Below, in pieces: positions 45,001-56,303 of a DNA stretch of 64,000 nucleotides (positions are counted from its first letter, which is position 1; each line of letters begins with the position of its first letter). The notes under the pieces were generated by a model. That model ran no database searches. It saw nothing but the letters and a program-made list of their open reading frames with translations, and was not told the origin of the DNA. Both the position numbers and the translations under genes were made by a program. This DNA comes from Eledone cirrhosa (taxonomy: Eukaryota). Location of the stretch: contig OZ024757.1 of NCBI GenBank assembly GCA_964016885.1, forward strand, positions 7,440,001 through 7,504,000, read 5' to 3'.

Positions 45001-48000
45001 GGACTACATTATCTAATGTACTGTATAGTGGCTATCAGACATGGTGGACCTAGTACTACATTATCTAATGTACAGTATAGTAGCTATCAGACATAGTGTA
45101 TCTAGGACTACATTACCTAATGTACAGTATAGTGCCTATCAGACATAGTGTACCTAGGACTACATTATCTAATGTACAGTATAGTGTCTATCGGACATAG
45201 TGTATCTAGGACTACATTATCTAACGTACAGTATAGTGGCTATCAGACAGTGTATATAGGACTACATTATATAATGTACAGTGTAGTGGCTATCAGACAT
45301 AGTGTATCTAGGACTACATTATATAATGTACAGTATAGTGGCTATCAGACATAGTGTATATAGGACTACATTATATAATGTACAGTATAGTGGTTATCAG
45401 ACATAGTGTACCTAGGACTACATTATCTAATGTACAGTATAGTGGCTATCACACATAGTGTACCTAGGACTACATTATCTAATGTACAGTATAATAGCTA
45501 TCAGACATAGTGTACCTAGGACTACATTATCTAATGTACAGTATAGTGGCTATCAGACATAGTGTATCTAAGACTACATTATATAATGTACAGTATAGTG
45601 GCTATCAAACATAGTGTACCTAGGACTACATTATCTGATGTACAGTATAGTGGCTATCAGACATAGTGTACCTAGGACTACATTATATAATGTACAGTAT
45701 AGTGGCTATCAGATATAGTGTATCTAGGACTACATTATGTAATGTACAGTATAGTGGCTATCAGACATAGTGTACCTAGGACTACATTATCTAATGTACA
45801 GTATAGTGGCTATCAGACATAGTGTACCTAGGACTACATTATCTAATGTACAGTATAGTGGCTATCAGACATAGTGTACCTAGGACTACATTATCTAATG
45901 TACAGTATAGTGGCTATCAGACATAGTGTATCTAGGACTACATTATCTAATGTACAGTATAGTGGCTATCAGACATAGTGTACCTAGGACTACATTATCT
46001 AATGTACAGTATAGTGGCTATCAGATATAGTGTACCTAGGACTACATTATCTAATGTACAGTATACTGGCTATCAGACATAGTGTACCTAAGACTACATT
46101 ATCTAATGTACAGTATACTGGCTATCAGACATAGTGTACCTAGGACTACATTATCTAATGTACAGTATAGTGGCTATCAGACATAGTGTACCTAGGACTA
46201 CATTATCTAATGTACAGTATAATAGCTATCAGACATAGTGTACCTAGGACTACATTATCTAATGTACAGTATAGTGGCTATCAGACATAGTGTATCTAGG
46301 ACTACATTATCTAATGAACAGTATAATAGCTATCAGACATAGTGTACCTAGGACTACATTATCTAATGTACAGTATAGTGTCTATCAGACATAGTGTACC
46401 TAGGACTACATTATCTAATGTACAGTATAGTGGCTATCAGACATAGTGTATCTAGGACTACATTATCTAATGTACAGTATAATAGCTATCAGACATAGTG
46501 TACCTAGGACTACATTATCTAATGTACAGTATAGTGGCTATCAGACATAGTGTACCTAGGACTACATTATCTAATGTACAGTATAGTAGCTATTAGACAT
46601 AGTGTACCTAGGACTACATTATCTAATGTACTGTATAGTGGCTATCAGACATGGTGGACCTAGTACTACATTATCTAATGTACAGTATAGTAGCTATCAG
46701 ACATAGTGTATCTAGGACTACATTACCTAATGTACAGTATAGTGCCTATCAGACATAGTGTACCTAGGACTACATTATCTAATGTACAGTATAGTGTCTA
46801 TCGGACATAGTGTATCTAGGACTACATTATCTAACGTACAGTATAGTGGCTATCAGACAGTGTATATAGGACTACATTATATAATGTACAGTGTAGTGGC
46901 TATCAGACATAGTGTATCTAGGACTACATTATATAATGTACAGTATAGTGGCTATCAGACATAGTGTATATAGGACTACATTATATAATGTACAGTATAG
47001 TGGTTATCAGACATAGTGTACCTAGGACTACATTATCTAATGTACAGTATAGTGGCTATCAGACAGTGTACCTAGGACTACATTATCTAATGTACAGTAT
47101 AATAGCTATCAGACATAGTGTACCTAGGACTACATTATCTAATGTACAGTATAGTGGCTATCAGACATAGTGTATCTAAGACTACATTATCTAATGTACA
47201 GTATAGTGGCTATCAAACATAGTGTACCTAGGACTACATTATCTGATGTACAGTATAGTGGCTATCAGACATAGTGTACCTAGGACTACATTATATAATG
47301 TACAGTATAGTGGCTATCAGATATAGTGTATCTAGGACTACATTATGTAATGTACAGTATAGTGGCTATCAGACATAGTGTACCTAGGACTACATTATCT
47401 AATGTACAGTATAGTGGCTATCAGATATAGTGTACATAGACTACATTATGTAATGTACAGTATAGTGTCTATCAGACAGAGTGTACCTAGGACTACATTA
47501 TCTAATGTACAGTATAGTGGCTATCAGACATAGTGTATCTAGGACTACATTATCTAATGTACAGTATAGTGGCTATCAGACATAGTGTACCTAGGACTAC
47601 ATTATCTAATGTACAGTATAGTGGCTATCAGATATAGTGTACCTAGGACTACATTATCTAATGTACAGTATACTGGCTATCAGACATAGTGTATCTAGGA
47701 CTACATTATCTAATGTACAGTATAGTGGCTATCAGACATAGTGTACCTAGGACTACATTGTATAATGTACAGTATAGTGGCTATCAGACATAGTGTATCT
47801 AGGACTACATTATCTAATGTACAGTATAGTGGCTATCAGACATAGTGTACCTAGGACTACGTTATCTAATGTACAGTATAGTGGCTATCAGACATAGTGT
47901 ATATAGGACTACATTATATAATGTACAGTATAGTGTCTATCAGACATAGTGTACCTCGGACTACATTATCTAATATACAGTATAGTGGCTATAAAAACAG

Positions 48001-49698
48001 TGTACCTAGGACTACATTATCTAATGTACAGTATAGTGGCTATCAAATATAGTGTATCTAGGACTACATTATCTAATGTACAGTATAGTAGCTATCAGAC
48101 ATAGTGTATATAGGACTACATTATATAATGTACAGTATAGTGGTTATCAGACATAGTGTACCTAGGACTACATTATCTAATGTACAGTATAGTGTCTATC
48201 AGACATAGTGTACCTAGGACTACATTATCTAATGTACAGTATAGTAGCTATCAGACATAGTGTATCTAGGACTACATTATCTAATGTACAGTATAGTGGC
48301 TATCAGACATAGTTTACCTAGGACTACATTATATAATGTACAGTATAGTGGCTATCAGACATAGTGTACCTAGGGCTACATTATATAATGTACAGTATAG
48401 TGGCTATCAGACATAGTGTACCTAGGACTACATTATCTAATGTACAGTATAGTGGCTATCAGACATAGTGTACCTAGGACTACATTATCTAATGTATAGT
48501 ATAGTGGTTATCAGACATAGTGTACCTAGGACTACATTATCTAATGTACAGTATAGTGGCTATCAGACATAGTGTATCTAGGACTACATTATCTAATGTA
48601 CAGTATAGTGGCTATCAGACATAGTGTATCTAGGACTATATTATCTAATGTACAGTATAGTGGCTATCAGACATAGTGTATCTAGGACTACATTATCTAA
48701 TGTACAGTATAGTGGCTATCAGACATAGTGTATCTAGGACTATATTATCTAATGTACAGTATAGTGGCTATCAGACATAGTGTACCTAGGACTACATTAT
48801 CTAATGTACAGTATAGTGGCTATCAGACATAGTGTACCTAGGACTACATTATCTAATGTACAGTATAATAGCTATCAGACATAGTGTACCTAGGACTACA
48901 TTATCTAATGTACAGTATAGTGGCTATCAGACATAGTGTATCTAGGACTACATTATCTAATGTACAGTATAATAGCTATCAGACATAGTGTACCTAGGAC
49001 TACATTATCTAATGTACAGTATAGTGTCTATCAGACATAGTGTACCTAGGACTACATTATCTAATGTACAGTATAGTGGCTATCAGACATAGTGTATCTA
49101 GGACTACATTATCTAATGTACAGTATAATAGCTATGAGACATAGTGTACCTAGGACTACATTATCTAATGTACAGTATAGTGGCTATCAGACATAGTGTA
49201 CCTAGGACTACATTATCTAATGTACAGTATAGTAGCTATTAGACATAGTGTACCTAGGACTACATTATCTAATGTACAGTATAGTGGCTATCAGACATGG
49301 TGGACCTAGTACTACATTATCTAATGTACAGTATAGTAGCTATCAGACATAGTGTATCTAGGACTACATTATCTAATGTACAGTATAGTGCCTATCAGAC
49401 ATAGTGAACCTAGGAATACATTATCTAATGTACAGTATAGTGTCTATCGGACATAGTGTATCTAGGACTACATTATCTAACGTACAGTATAGTGGCTATC
49501 AGACAGTGTATATAGGACTACATTTTATAATGTACAGTATAGTGGCTATCAGACATAGTGTATCTAGGACTACATTATATAATGTACAGTATAGTGGCTA
49601 TCAGACATAGTGTATATAGGACTACATTATATAATGTACAGTATAGTGGTTATCAGACATAGTGTACCTAGGACTACATTATCTAATGTACAGTATAG
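1..49698. repeat. 52-bp satellite array, about 955 head-to-tail monomers, continuing past the window start; consensus GTACCTAGGACTACATTATCTAATGTACAGTATAGTGGCTATCAGACATAGT
   Basis: The 52-bp periodicity is directly visible. Monomers differ by a few substitutions, with recurrent 51-, 50- and 29-bp deletion variants. One orientation throughout. Confidence 0.99.
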
Positions 49699-50502
49699 CA
49701 GTTAGTATTTGTGGCTATCATTATTATGGACTTCAAGTAAATCTTTGTCAACTTACCTCCTTCACATATAATCAATGTGTTGTGTTGTTAGTTGTTACTA
49801 ACCAAAGAAATAATCTCTTTGTTATCAAATTAGAAGTTCCAAAGATGTTATCAGCTTTATTTCACGACATTAACGTTGGTGTATCTTCTTCATCTTTAGT
49901 CATAAATTGATATATTGTCAGAATGAAGTAGTGAGGCTGACCTTATGTCTTTAGCTACAGATTTGATAGGAAATATATATATATTAGGTTGATATGTGGT
50001 CTAAAATATATATATTGTCTATAAATGACTGATAGCAGATGTTCTGGTGAAATAGTAGTTTTACTACTACAGATTGTTATGGAACTCTTAGTAGACACAA
50101 TTGTAAAGTAAGAATAGATATGACAGTGTAAGACTGATGTCGAGGAATTAAAATTATAATTAGATTAATTAAAGTTATAATGAAGACAGCAGGTACTCGG
50201 TGTCGTTGAGAATGTTTCAACTGTCGTACCGGTGTCGTACGTTAAAAGTCCCTGATATAATTTAATACCTTCAGACACAGTTACAATAGTATTTAATTTA
50301 TTGTAAATCAGAAAGTATCACTCAGTAAAATATCAATTATATATCAATAAGAAAACCTCCACGTAGTCTCTCTAACTGCTAGAAATAGCAGTGATATTAC
50401 CCAATACAACTGCTCTCGCTCTCTCTATATATATACACACACATATGGACGTATGTATGTAAATGTGTATACAACTCTTATGTGTATGTATATGTATAAA
50501 CA

Positions 50503-50950
50503 ACTATGGAGAGTTAGTTAAAGGAAAACGACCTCCACATAAACCAAAAAAGAGGTATAAGGATTCCTTGAAAGCCTCTTTGAAAGACGCTAACATCTCT
50601 GCTGATACATGGGAAAATGTTGCTGCTGGTCGTAATAAATGGGGAAAGACTGTATATGAGGGAAAAGTTGCCTTTTTGGCATCTCGAATCGCATACGAGA
50701 AAGTAAAGTGGGATGTGAGGAAAGGCATTGCTGTTGCACTTCCAGACGGAGAGGGTCCTCCTATGGTGCTGACATGCAGCGTCTGTGCGAGAGTCTGCCT
50801 CAGCAAAGCTGGATTCGAAAGTCATCTTCCCAACCACAGCCGACTATTCCCAGTGAATGTTATGGTTGCCAACTCTGGGCAAGACATTTTAGATCATTGG
50901 CTGGGCTAAAAAGCCACATTCGATCGCAGCGCTGTTAATTGCTATCACAC
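50503..50950 (+). mobile_element. RTE-clade LINE 3' fragment: C-terminal region with two C2H2-like zinc motifs, frameshifted
   Basis: YGELVKGKRPPHKPKKRYKDSLKASLK...W..VA.GRNKW matches the RTE/BovB-type C-terminus. It is followed by CSVCARVCLSKAGFESH and, in another frame, C..C...FRSLAGLKSHIRS. Flanked by (TA)/(GT) microsatellites. Confidence 0.85.
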
Positions 50951-51080
50951 GTGTGTGTGTAGATATGTTTATGTGTGTGTGTATATATATATACGTGTGT
51001 TTAATGGTAGTTATGGTGCTTCCATAGCCGGTATGCCAAAATTAGCACTCAATGTTCTTACAGAGCAGAGTGTGAATAGT

Positions 51081-51720
51081 ATAAAGCTGAGCGTCGTCTT
51101 TCACCCTCTCTATAATTTAACTGCTTTACTCTCTCTGTCGCTCTTCTCTCTCTATATGACAACACTCTTTTACTTTCCGTAGAGATGAGCGTTGTATGTA
51201 AATTCGTCTCTCTATAATATACCATTCCCCCTCTCTATAATTTAACTGCTTTACTCTCTCTCTCGCTCTTCACTCTCTAATATTATAAAGCTGTGCATCG
51301 TCTCTCTCTCTCTCTCCCTCTTTCACCCTCTCTATAATTTAACTGCTTTACTCTCTCTGTCTCTCTTCACTCTCTATATGACAGCAGGTAATACATACAT
51401 CAAAAGGCAACCCTGACAAATATAATTATGTATCCCACACACTTTTTCTGTCGTCACTCGCATAACACACACACAAACACAAATACACACACACACACAC
51501 ACACACAAATACACATACTTTCACACCTGATTTCACCAATTGCTGGTAATATCAAAACAAAACACACAGACACACACATGCACATACACACACACACACA
51601 CACATCTATACATTATATGTATACATCTATGTAAGATCATTCCCCCTCTCTATAATTTAACTGCTTTACTCTCTCTGTCGCTCTTCACTCTCTATATGAC
51701 AACACTGTTTTAGTTTCCGT
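51081..51720. repeat. Four local copies of a 55-75 bp unit (CCCTCTCTATAATTTAACTGCTTTACTCTCTCTGTCGCTCTTC...) with (CT)n and (CA)n tracts between them
   Basis: Copies start near 51104, 51228, 51325 and 51643. Confidence 0.9.
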
Positions 51721-51917
51721 ATCTCCCTTCAATATATACAGAGAGAGAGAGAGAGAGAGAGAGGGGGAGAGATTTAGGGAAAGATTAGGAAAACTACAAA
51801 CACACATCTACAGAGAGAGACAGAGAAAAACAGAGGGAGGGGAAAAAGAGAGAGATAGGCCGTTAGACAGAGAGTGGTACAATTAAAGTGTTAGTTATTC
51901 AGAGAGAGAGAGAGAAG

Positions 51918-52302
51918 GACAATGTGACAAGAGTCGCACCCAGTCGCTCGTTCGATTTGATTCCAGTGCACTCCCAATCGACGAAGCGAGGGCATCGGCT
52001 ACCGGCACCCGGGCTGCTCTCGGGATCCTGAGTGGTATCTTCCGGCACCGCCTGAGCCGAGCGATGATGACCAGTGACGCTAGGGCATCAGGCAAGCTCG
52101 CTGTCTCATCTGGTGGTGTGCTAGATGGCCGTGGCTGGGCAGACGAGGTCCTGCAGGTGTCGACTGGTGGGGATAGAGGATAGGGCGTGGGGCACAGAGT
52201 GGCATCAGGGGTGAGTGGCTGGCTGCCACCAGCCTAGGTGCTAGGCACAACTGTGTGGGTGGAAGGAAAAGTGCTGATAAGAGGTAAACCGGCGCGACAC
52301 AT
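51918..52302 (-). mobile_element. Probable CRE-clade non-LTR retrotransposon fragment (N-terminal, pre-RT region)
   Basis: GC/CpG-rich island. The minus frame reads a Pro/Ser/Thr-rich linker, then RKIPLRIPRAARVPVADALASSIGSALESNRTSDWVRLLS. This resembles my recollection of the RIPxxAR...W..LL motif upstream of CRE RT. One in-frame stop at 52234-52236; truncated at a (GA)n tract. Confidence 0.55.
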
Positions 52303-52602
52303 ATACCCGCACACGAACGATAAGTACAGATATGGAGGGGTCAGAAGACAAGAGAGAAAAGAAGAGGGTGCATGGAGGGGGGGGGACACAAGAAGGTAGA
52401 ATGTTAGCAAATAAATAAATGAATGAATGAATGAATATACAAAAAAGAAAACGGGGTTGTTCCCAGTGGGAAGACCCAGACTTCAGCACACACACATGCA
52501 AGCATGTTAGCAGTTTCTCATAGAACCTTGTGGCTAAAGGTGAGTCTTTCAATCCTGAAAACATATATGTTGTTGTTATTGTCACTGATGCGGGAGTTGG
52601 CT

Positions 52603-52738
52603 TAATAATAATAATAATAATAATAATGAAATTATTGTGTACAGTGCTCAGGTGCACTACAACTCATCAAAGGTGCATGTATAGTACATAGAATAATGTA
52701 CAGATGTCAGGAAAATGAACAGTGTATGAGTCATGATA
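52603..52738 (-). mobile_element. Second, diverged copy of the CR1-group LINE 3' UTR with its own (ATT)n tail
   Basis: Aligns end to end with 52739-52869 but has many substitutions. (TAA)n run on the plus strand at 52603-52627. Confidence 0.85.
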
Positions 52739-52902
52739 TAATAATAATAACAATAATGAAATATTGTGTACAGTGCCCAGGTGCACCACAACTCATCAAA
52801 AAACTGCATGTACAGTACATAGGGCAATGCACAAACATCAGTAAAATGAACAGTGCACGAGTCATGATACACACATGTGTGCATGTGTATGGAAGGGGTA
52901 CA

Positions 52903-55041
52903 TCAAGTGTAGTTTTGGCGTATTTCGGGAAGCATGAGTGTCTTAAAGGATGCAGTGTCTCGGCAGCTAACAATTGACGCAGGCAGTTTGTTCCATGCTT
53001 CAGCAACTCTGAGCGTGAACAAATGTCTACGAAAGTCATGGGAGCTGTGCTGTTTTCTGATCTTGTAGGCATGTCCACGTGTGTTAGACACCTGGAGATC
53101 AAAGAGGCGCTCAGGGTTGCAATTGGCGAGATGGTTAAAAACTTTGTGGGTATTCACCAAGTCCATTGCCAGACGTCGGAGCTTCAATGGATCCATGCCC
53201 AGGGAAGCAAGGCGTTCAGAGTATGGTAGGTGTCTGATGGAGGGTATGCGCTTGGTTGCACGTCTCTGAACAGTTTCCAGGAGGTCAATGTTCTGAGCAA
53301 GATAGGGATTCCAGACTGATGATGCGAATTCCAAGTGTGGTCGTACCATAGCTGTATACAGTTTTAAATAGATGGCTGGAGAGCGGCTAACAAAGGTCTT
53401 GCTGAGTGATGCCAAGACACCCTCGGCCTTCTTGACAATCTTAGAGACATGCTTTGTCCAACGCACATCGTTGCTGACAGTAATGCCCAGGTCACGTTCA
53501 CAAGAGGACTTCTTGATATCAGTGTTGTGGAGGGAGTATGTGGACGCTGGATTTTTCCTCCCAAAATGCATGGTGGTACACTTGTCCACAGCCAGCTTCA
53601 GTTGCCAGTCTGTGATCCATTGCTGCATTGTGTCCAGGTCTGATTGTAGGAAAGAGTTGTAGATTTCAGGATCAGTCCTTTTGATTTCAAGGTACAGCTT
53701 GATGTCATCTGCATATTTCAGTACCGTGGCATTCTTTAAGTTGGCATATATGTCATTAATATATGCCACAAACAAAAGGGGACCAAGAACAGATCCCTGT
53801 GGTACACCAGATGACATCTCATATGGTGAAGAATGCTGTCCTAGAACCGTGACTACCTCTTTTCGGCTGAGAATGAAGGATTTCAACCAGTTGAAAAGAT
53901 CATCCCTCACACCCATTGCAGAGAGTTTTGCCATAAGTCTTTTATGTGGCACAGAATTAAAAGCCTTAGTGAAGTCAAGGTAAACAACATCCACCCATGA
54001 GCCGCTGTCAGTGATCCGGGTAATGTCTTCAAGGAACTCGATAAGCTGATCACAGCAGCTGGAGTTAGGGATAAATCCAAACTGTGAAGGCCGGATGAGG
54101 CTGTGAGAGCTCCAGAAGTTCCAAAGTGTTTCTCTGACACAGGATTCCATCAGTTTGGCCATACAGCTAGTAAGACTGACTGGACGATAGTTGACAGGTG
54201 ACATGCGGTTGCCCTTTTTGAACAGGGGAATGACACTGGCAGTTTTCCACTGCTCCGGAGTAGCACCATTTTTGAGACAGTATTGAAAGAAGAAAGAAAG
54301 CTGGCGCAAAAGGAAATACCCGCCACGTTTGAGAAGCAGGTATGTAACACCATCAAGACCAGGGGAGGCAGAGTTGCACTTATTCTTAAGGTGACGTCGC
54401 AACATTGCAGGTGTAAATTCCATAGTTGTTATGGAATTTGATGTTAGAGATGGTGGAGATGGTACGTTCTGGTTTTCAACAGTAAAAATCCTTGCATAGC
54501 ACTCAGCAATGAGTTCTGCGCATTCTTTGGGATCGTCAGTGATCTGGCTTGTGTGGGGATTGTGAAGAGGACCAACTGGGGAGTGAGGTCGCTGCTTTGA
54601 ATGAACATATTTCCAGAACACCTTACTGTCAGGAATGGTTGCTATGCACTGTTCAAATTCAAGCACTGCCTTCTTTGTCCCTTGCTTGAGATGGTTAGAA
54701 GATTTATTCTGCTTTTTTTCTGTTGGCATCTGATTTATGCAGTTTATATTCCCGTTCAGCATCCCAACATTCTTTCCTGGCAAGTCGGACTGCTGAAGTT
54801 TCCCAAATTGCACTTTTGGGGTGGTTTTTTTCTGCTTACGTGGCACCGATGCTGCACATGCTATCCATATTGTGTCCAGGATGCTCTGGAGTATAGTGTT
54901 CACATCTCCAGAGTTATACATCTCATGCCAGTTTGGGCGCTGTAGCTCAGTGCAGTACAAGTTCCAATCTGCTTTATTCCAATCAAAGCAAGCAGATTGG
55001 AGATGGCTCTGGTTTGCTGCCCTCAAGTGCCAGATTGGCAA
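52903..55041 (-). pseudogene. LINE ORF2 reverse transcriptase portion (712-aa open frame, N-terminal part partly out of frame)
   Basis: Motifs SPGLDG, WKTASVIPLFKKG, NYRPVSLTS, QFGF, YLDFTKAFNSV, GVPQGSVLGPLLF, YADD. Confidence 0.92.
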
Positions 55042-55044
55042 TGA

Positions 55045-55659
55045 TCATAGCATGATCAGATTCGCCTAGAGGTTCCTCAGTAGAACAACTGATAACCACT
55101 TCAGGAGAGTGTTGAAGATCAGGTCCAAAGTGTTGTCACCTCTTATTGGAGAGGTGACTACTTGTGACCAGTTTGAGTCCAGCACTAGTTCAAGGATATC
55201 GTTTGCACTTTGTGGCCAACGAAAGGTTTTCCAATCGATCTCACGATGATTGAAGTCACCTGCAATAAACACATAAGTGGCTGTTTTCTTGGCAGCAACT
55301 CTGAGGATATCGCAAAGCTGTGTGTCCTGATGGTAGTTTGGGGGGCGATAAACAATACCAAGCAGAAGTATTGACATGGTCATACGTAGGTCACAAAAAA
55401 AAACTTCTTCTTGTAATTCGTTCAAATCAACGCAAGGAATTACCAAAAAGATTGAACGAACGTAGACCATCACACCACCACCACGGCGATTAATGCGGTC
55501 CTTGCAGAAAAGGTTGTACCCAGTAATGCTGAAAACCCCATCACAGAGTAAGGAATGTGCCCATGTTTCAGTGACTGTGATGAAGTCAGGGTCGATGCTT
55601 CTGACGTAGGAGTTAAACAGATGTATCTTGTTGCATAAACTGCAAGCATTTAAGGACAA
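55045..55659 (-). pseudogene. LINE ORF2 APE endonuclease domain
   Basis: Motifs LNACSL, VTETW, DR...GGGV, YRPP, GDFN, NTLDLIF. After a frameshift near 55108 the frame continues EPLGESDHAMI (catalytic SDH). Confidence 0.9.
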
Positions 55660-55666
55660 CTACCCT

Positions 55667-55675
<9 letters not shown>

Positions 55676-55715
<40 letters not shown>

Positions 55716-55727
55716 GACAGACACACA
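55676..55727. repeat. (TA)n/(CA)n microsatellite at the 5' truncation point of the LINE
   Basis: Directly visible. Confidence 0.95.
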
Positions 55728-55740
55728 TATGTATATTTAT

Positions 55741-56056
55741 TTTCTTCTTTCCAGAGTGTGTCTGTATATTTGTGTTTCACATTTCACAGTGATGGGGTTT
55801 ATCACTGGTGTTGACTACATTTGTGAACAACCAGCGAAGTAATCCATGGGAAGGATTTCTCACATATTTCACAATGGAAGGGTTTTTCTTCAGTGTGACT
55901 CCGTATGTGGATGACAAGATTAGAATTATAAGTGAAAGATTTCTCACATATTTCACAGTGGAAGGGTTTTTCTCTACTGTGTATTTTCTCGTGTGAGGAT
56001 AGTTTCAGTTTTGAAGAGAAAGTTTTCCTACAAATCTCACAGCTATATTCAGACAT
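55741..56056 (-). pseudogene. C2H2 zinc-finger gene, probably pseudogenised: two intact fingers, a third frameshifted, a fourth degenerate
   Basis: CEICRKTF...HEKIH-SREKPFH-CEICEKSF...HIRSH-TEEKPFH-CEICEKSF. After a 1-bp shift the frame reads HTSDKPHHCEM*, then IQTHSGKK. Confidence 0.85.
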
Positions 56057-56303
56057 ATTTCTAGCTAGAGATCTTTACATAAAGGATTCTCACCACTTTT
56101 ACTGATACATTAAGATATGTAGATATGGTTAATAGATGCCATGTAGTCTAATATACACAGGGTCCATAAAAGATTGCAGAACTCCGCTTTCTTCTTCTAC
56201 AAAGTTGTAATGTAGCATTTAGTTGGTACAAGTAATAAGACATATGACAGCGTAAGACTGATCTTGGATGAAGAAAAAGCAAGTGCTTATATATATATAT
56301 ATA

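Larger units (their letters stand above)
52739..55676 (-). mobile_element. CR1-group LINE with essentially complete but frameshifted ORF2, 3' UTR and (ATT)n tail; ORF1 and 5' UTR absent
   Basis: APE and RT motifs in order. The C-terminus (LYTAMVRPHLEFASSVWNP...VQRRATK...YSERL...TRGH...WNKLP) is typical of CR1/L2-group elements. The 5' end abuts (TA)n. Confidence 0.93.

Noticed and set aside
1-49698. CRISPR array (palindromic repeats at regular spacing)
   Set aside because: No unique spacers (the whole 52-bp unit repeats), no cas genes, and the context is eukaryotic.
1039-49910. Dozens of 60-105 aa ORFs (MYLGLHYLMYSIVAIR...)
   Set aside because: They are translations of the satellite, mostly from GTG starts, and exceed 60 aa only where deletion variants skip a stop.
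52450-52602. Ribozyme or structured leader upstream of the CRE-like fragment
   Set aside because: I could not build a convincing HDV-like or hammerhead fold by eye.
53023-55069. Plus-strand ORFs overlapping the LINE
   Set aside because: Antisense shadow frames of the RT gene with no recognisable motifs.
52903-55659. Intact active LINE, or a prokaryotic RT system (retron, DGR, group II intron)
   Set aside because: The APE-RT layout and microsatellite tail identify a LINE. At least four frameshifts and no ORF1 argue against autonomy.
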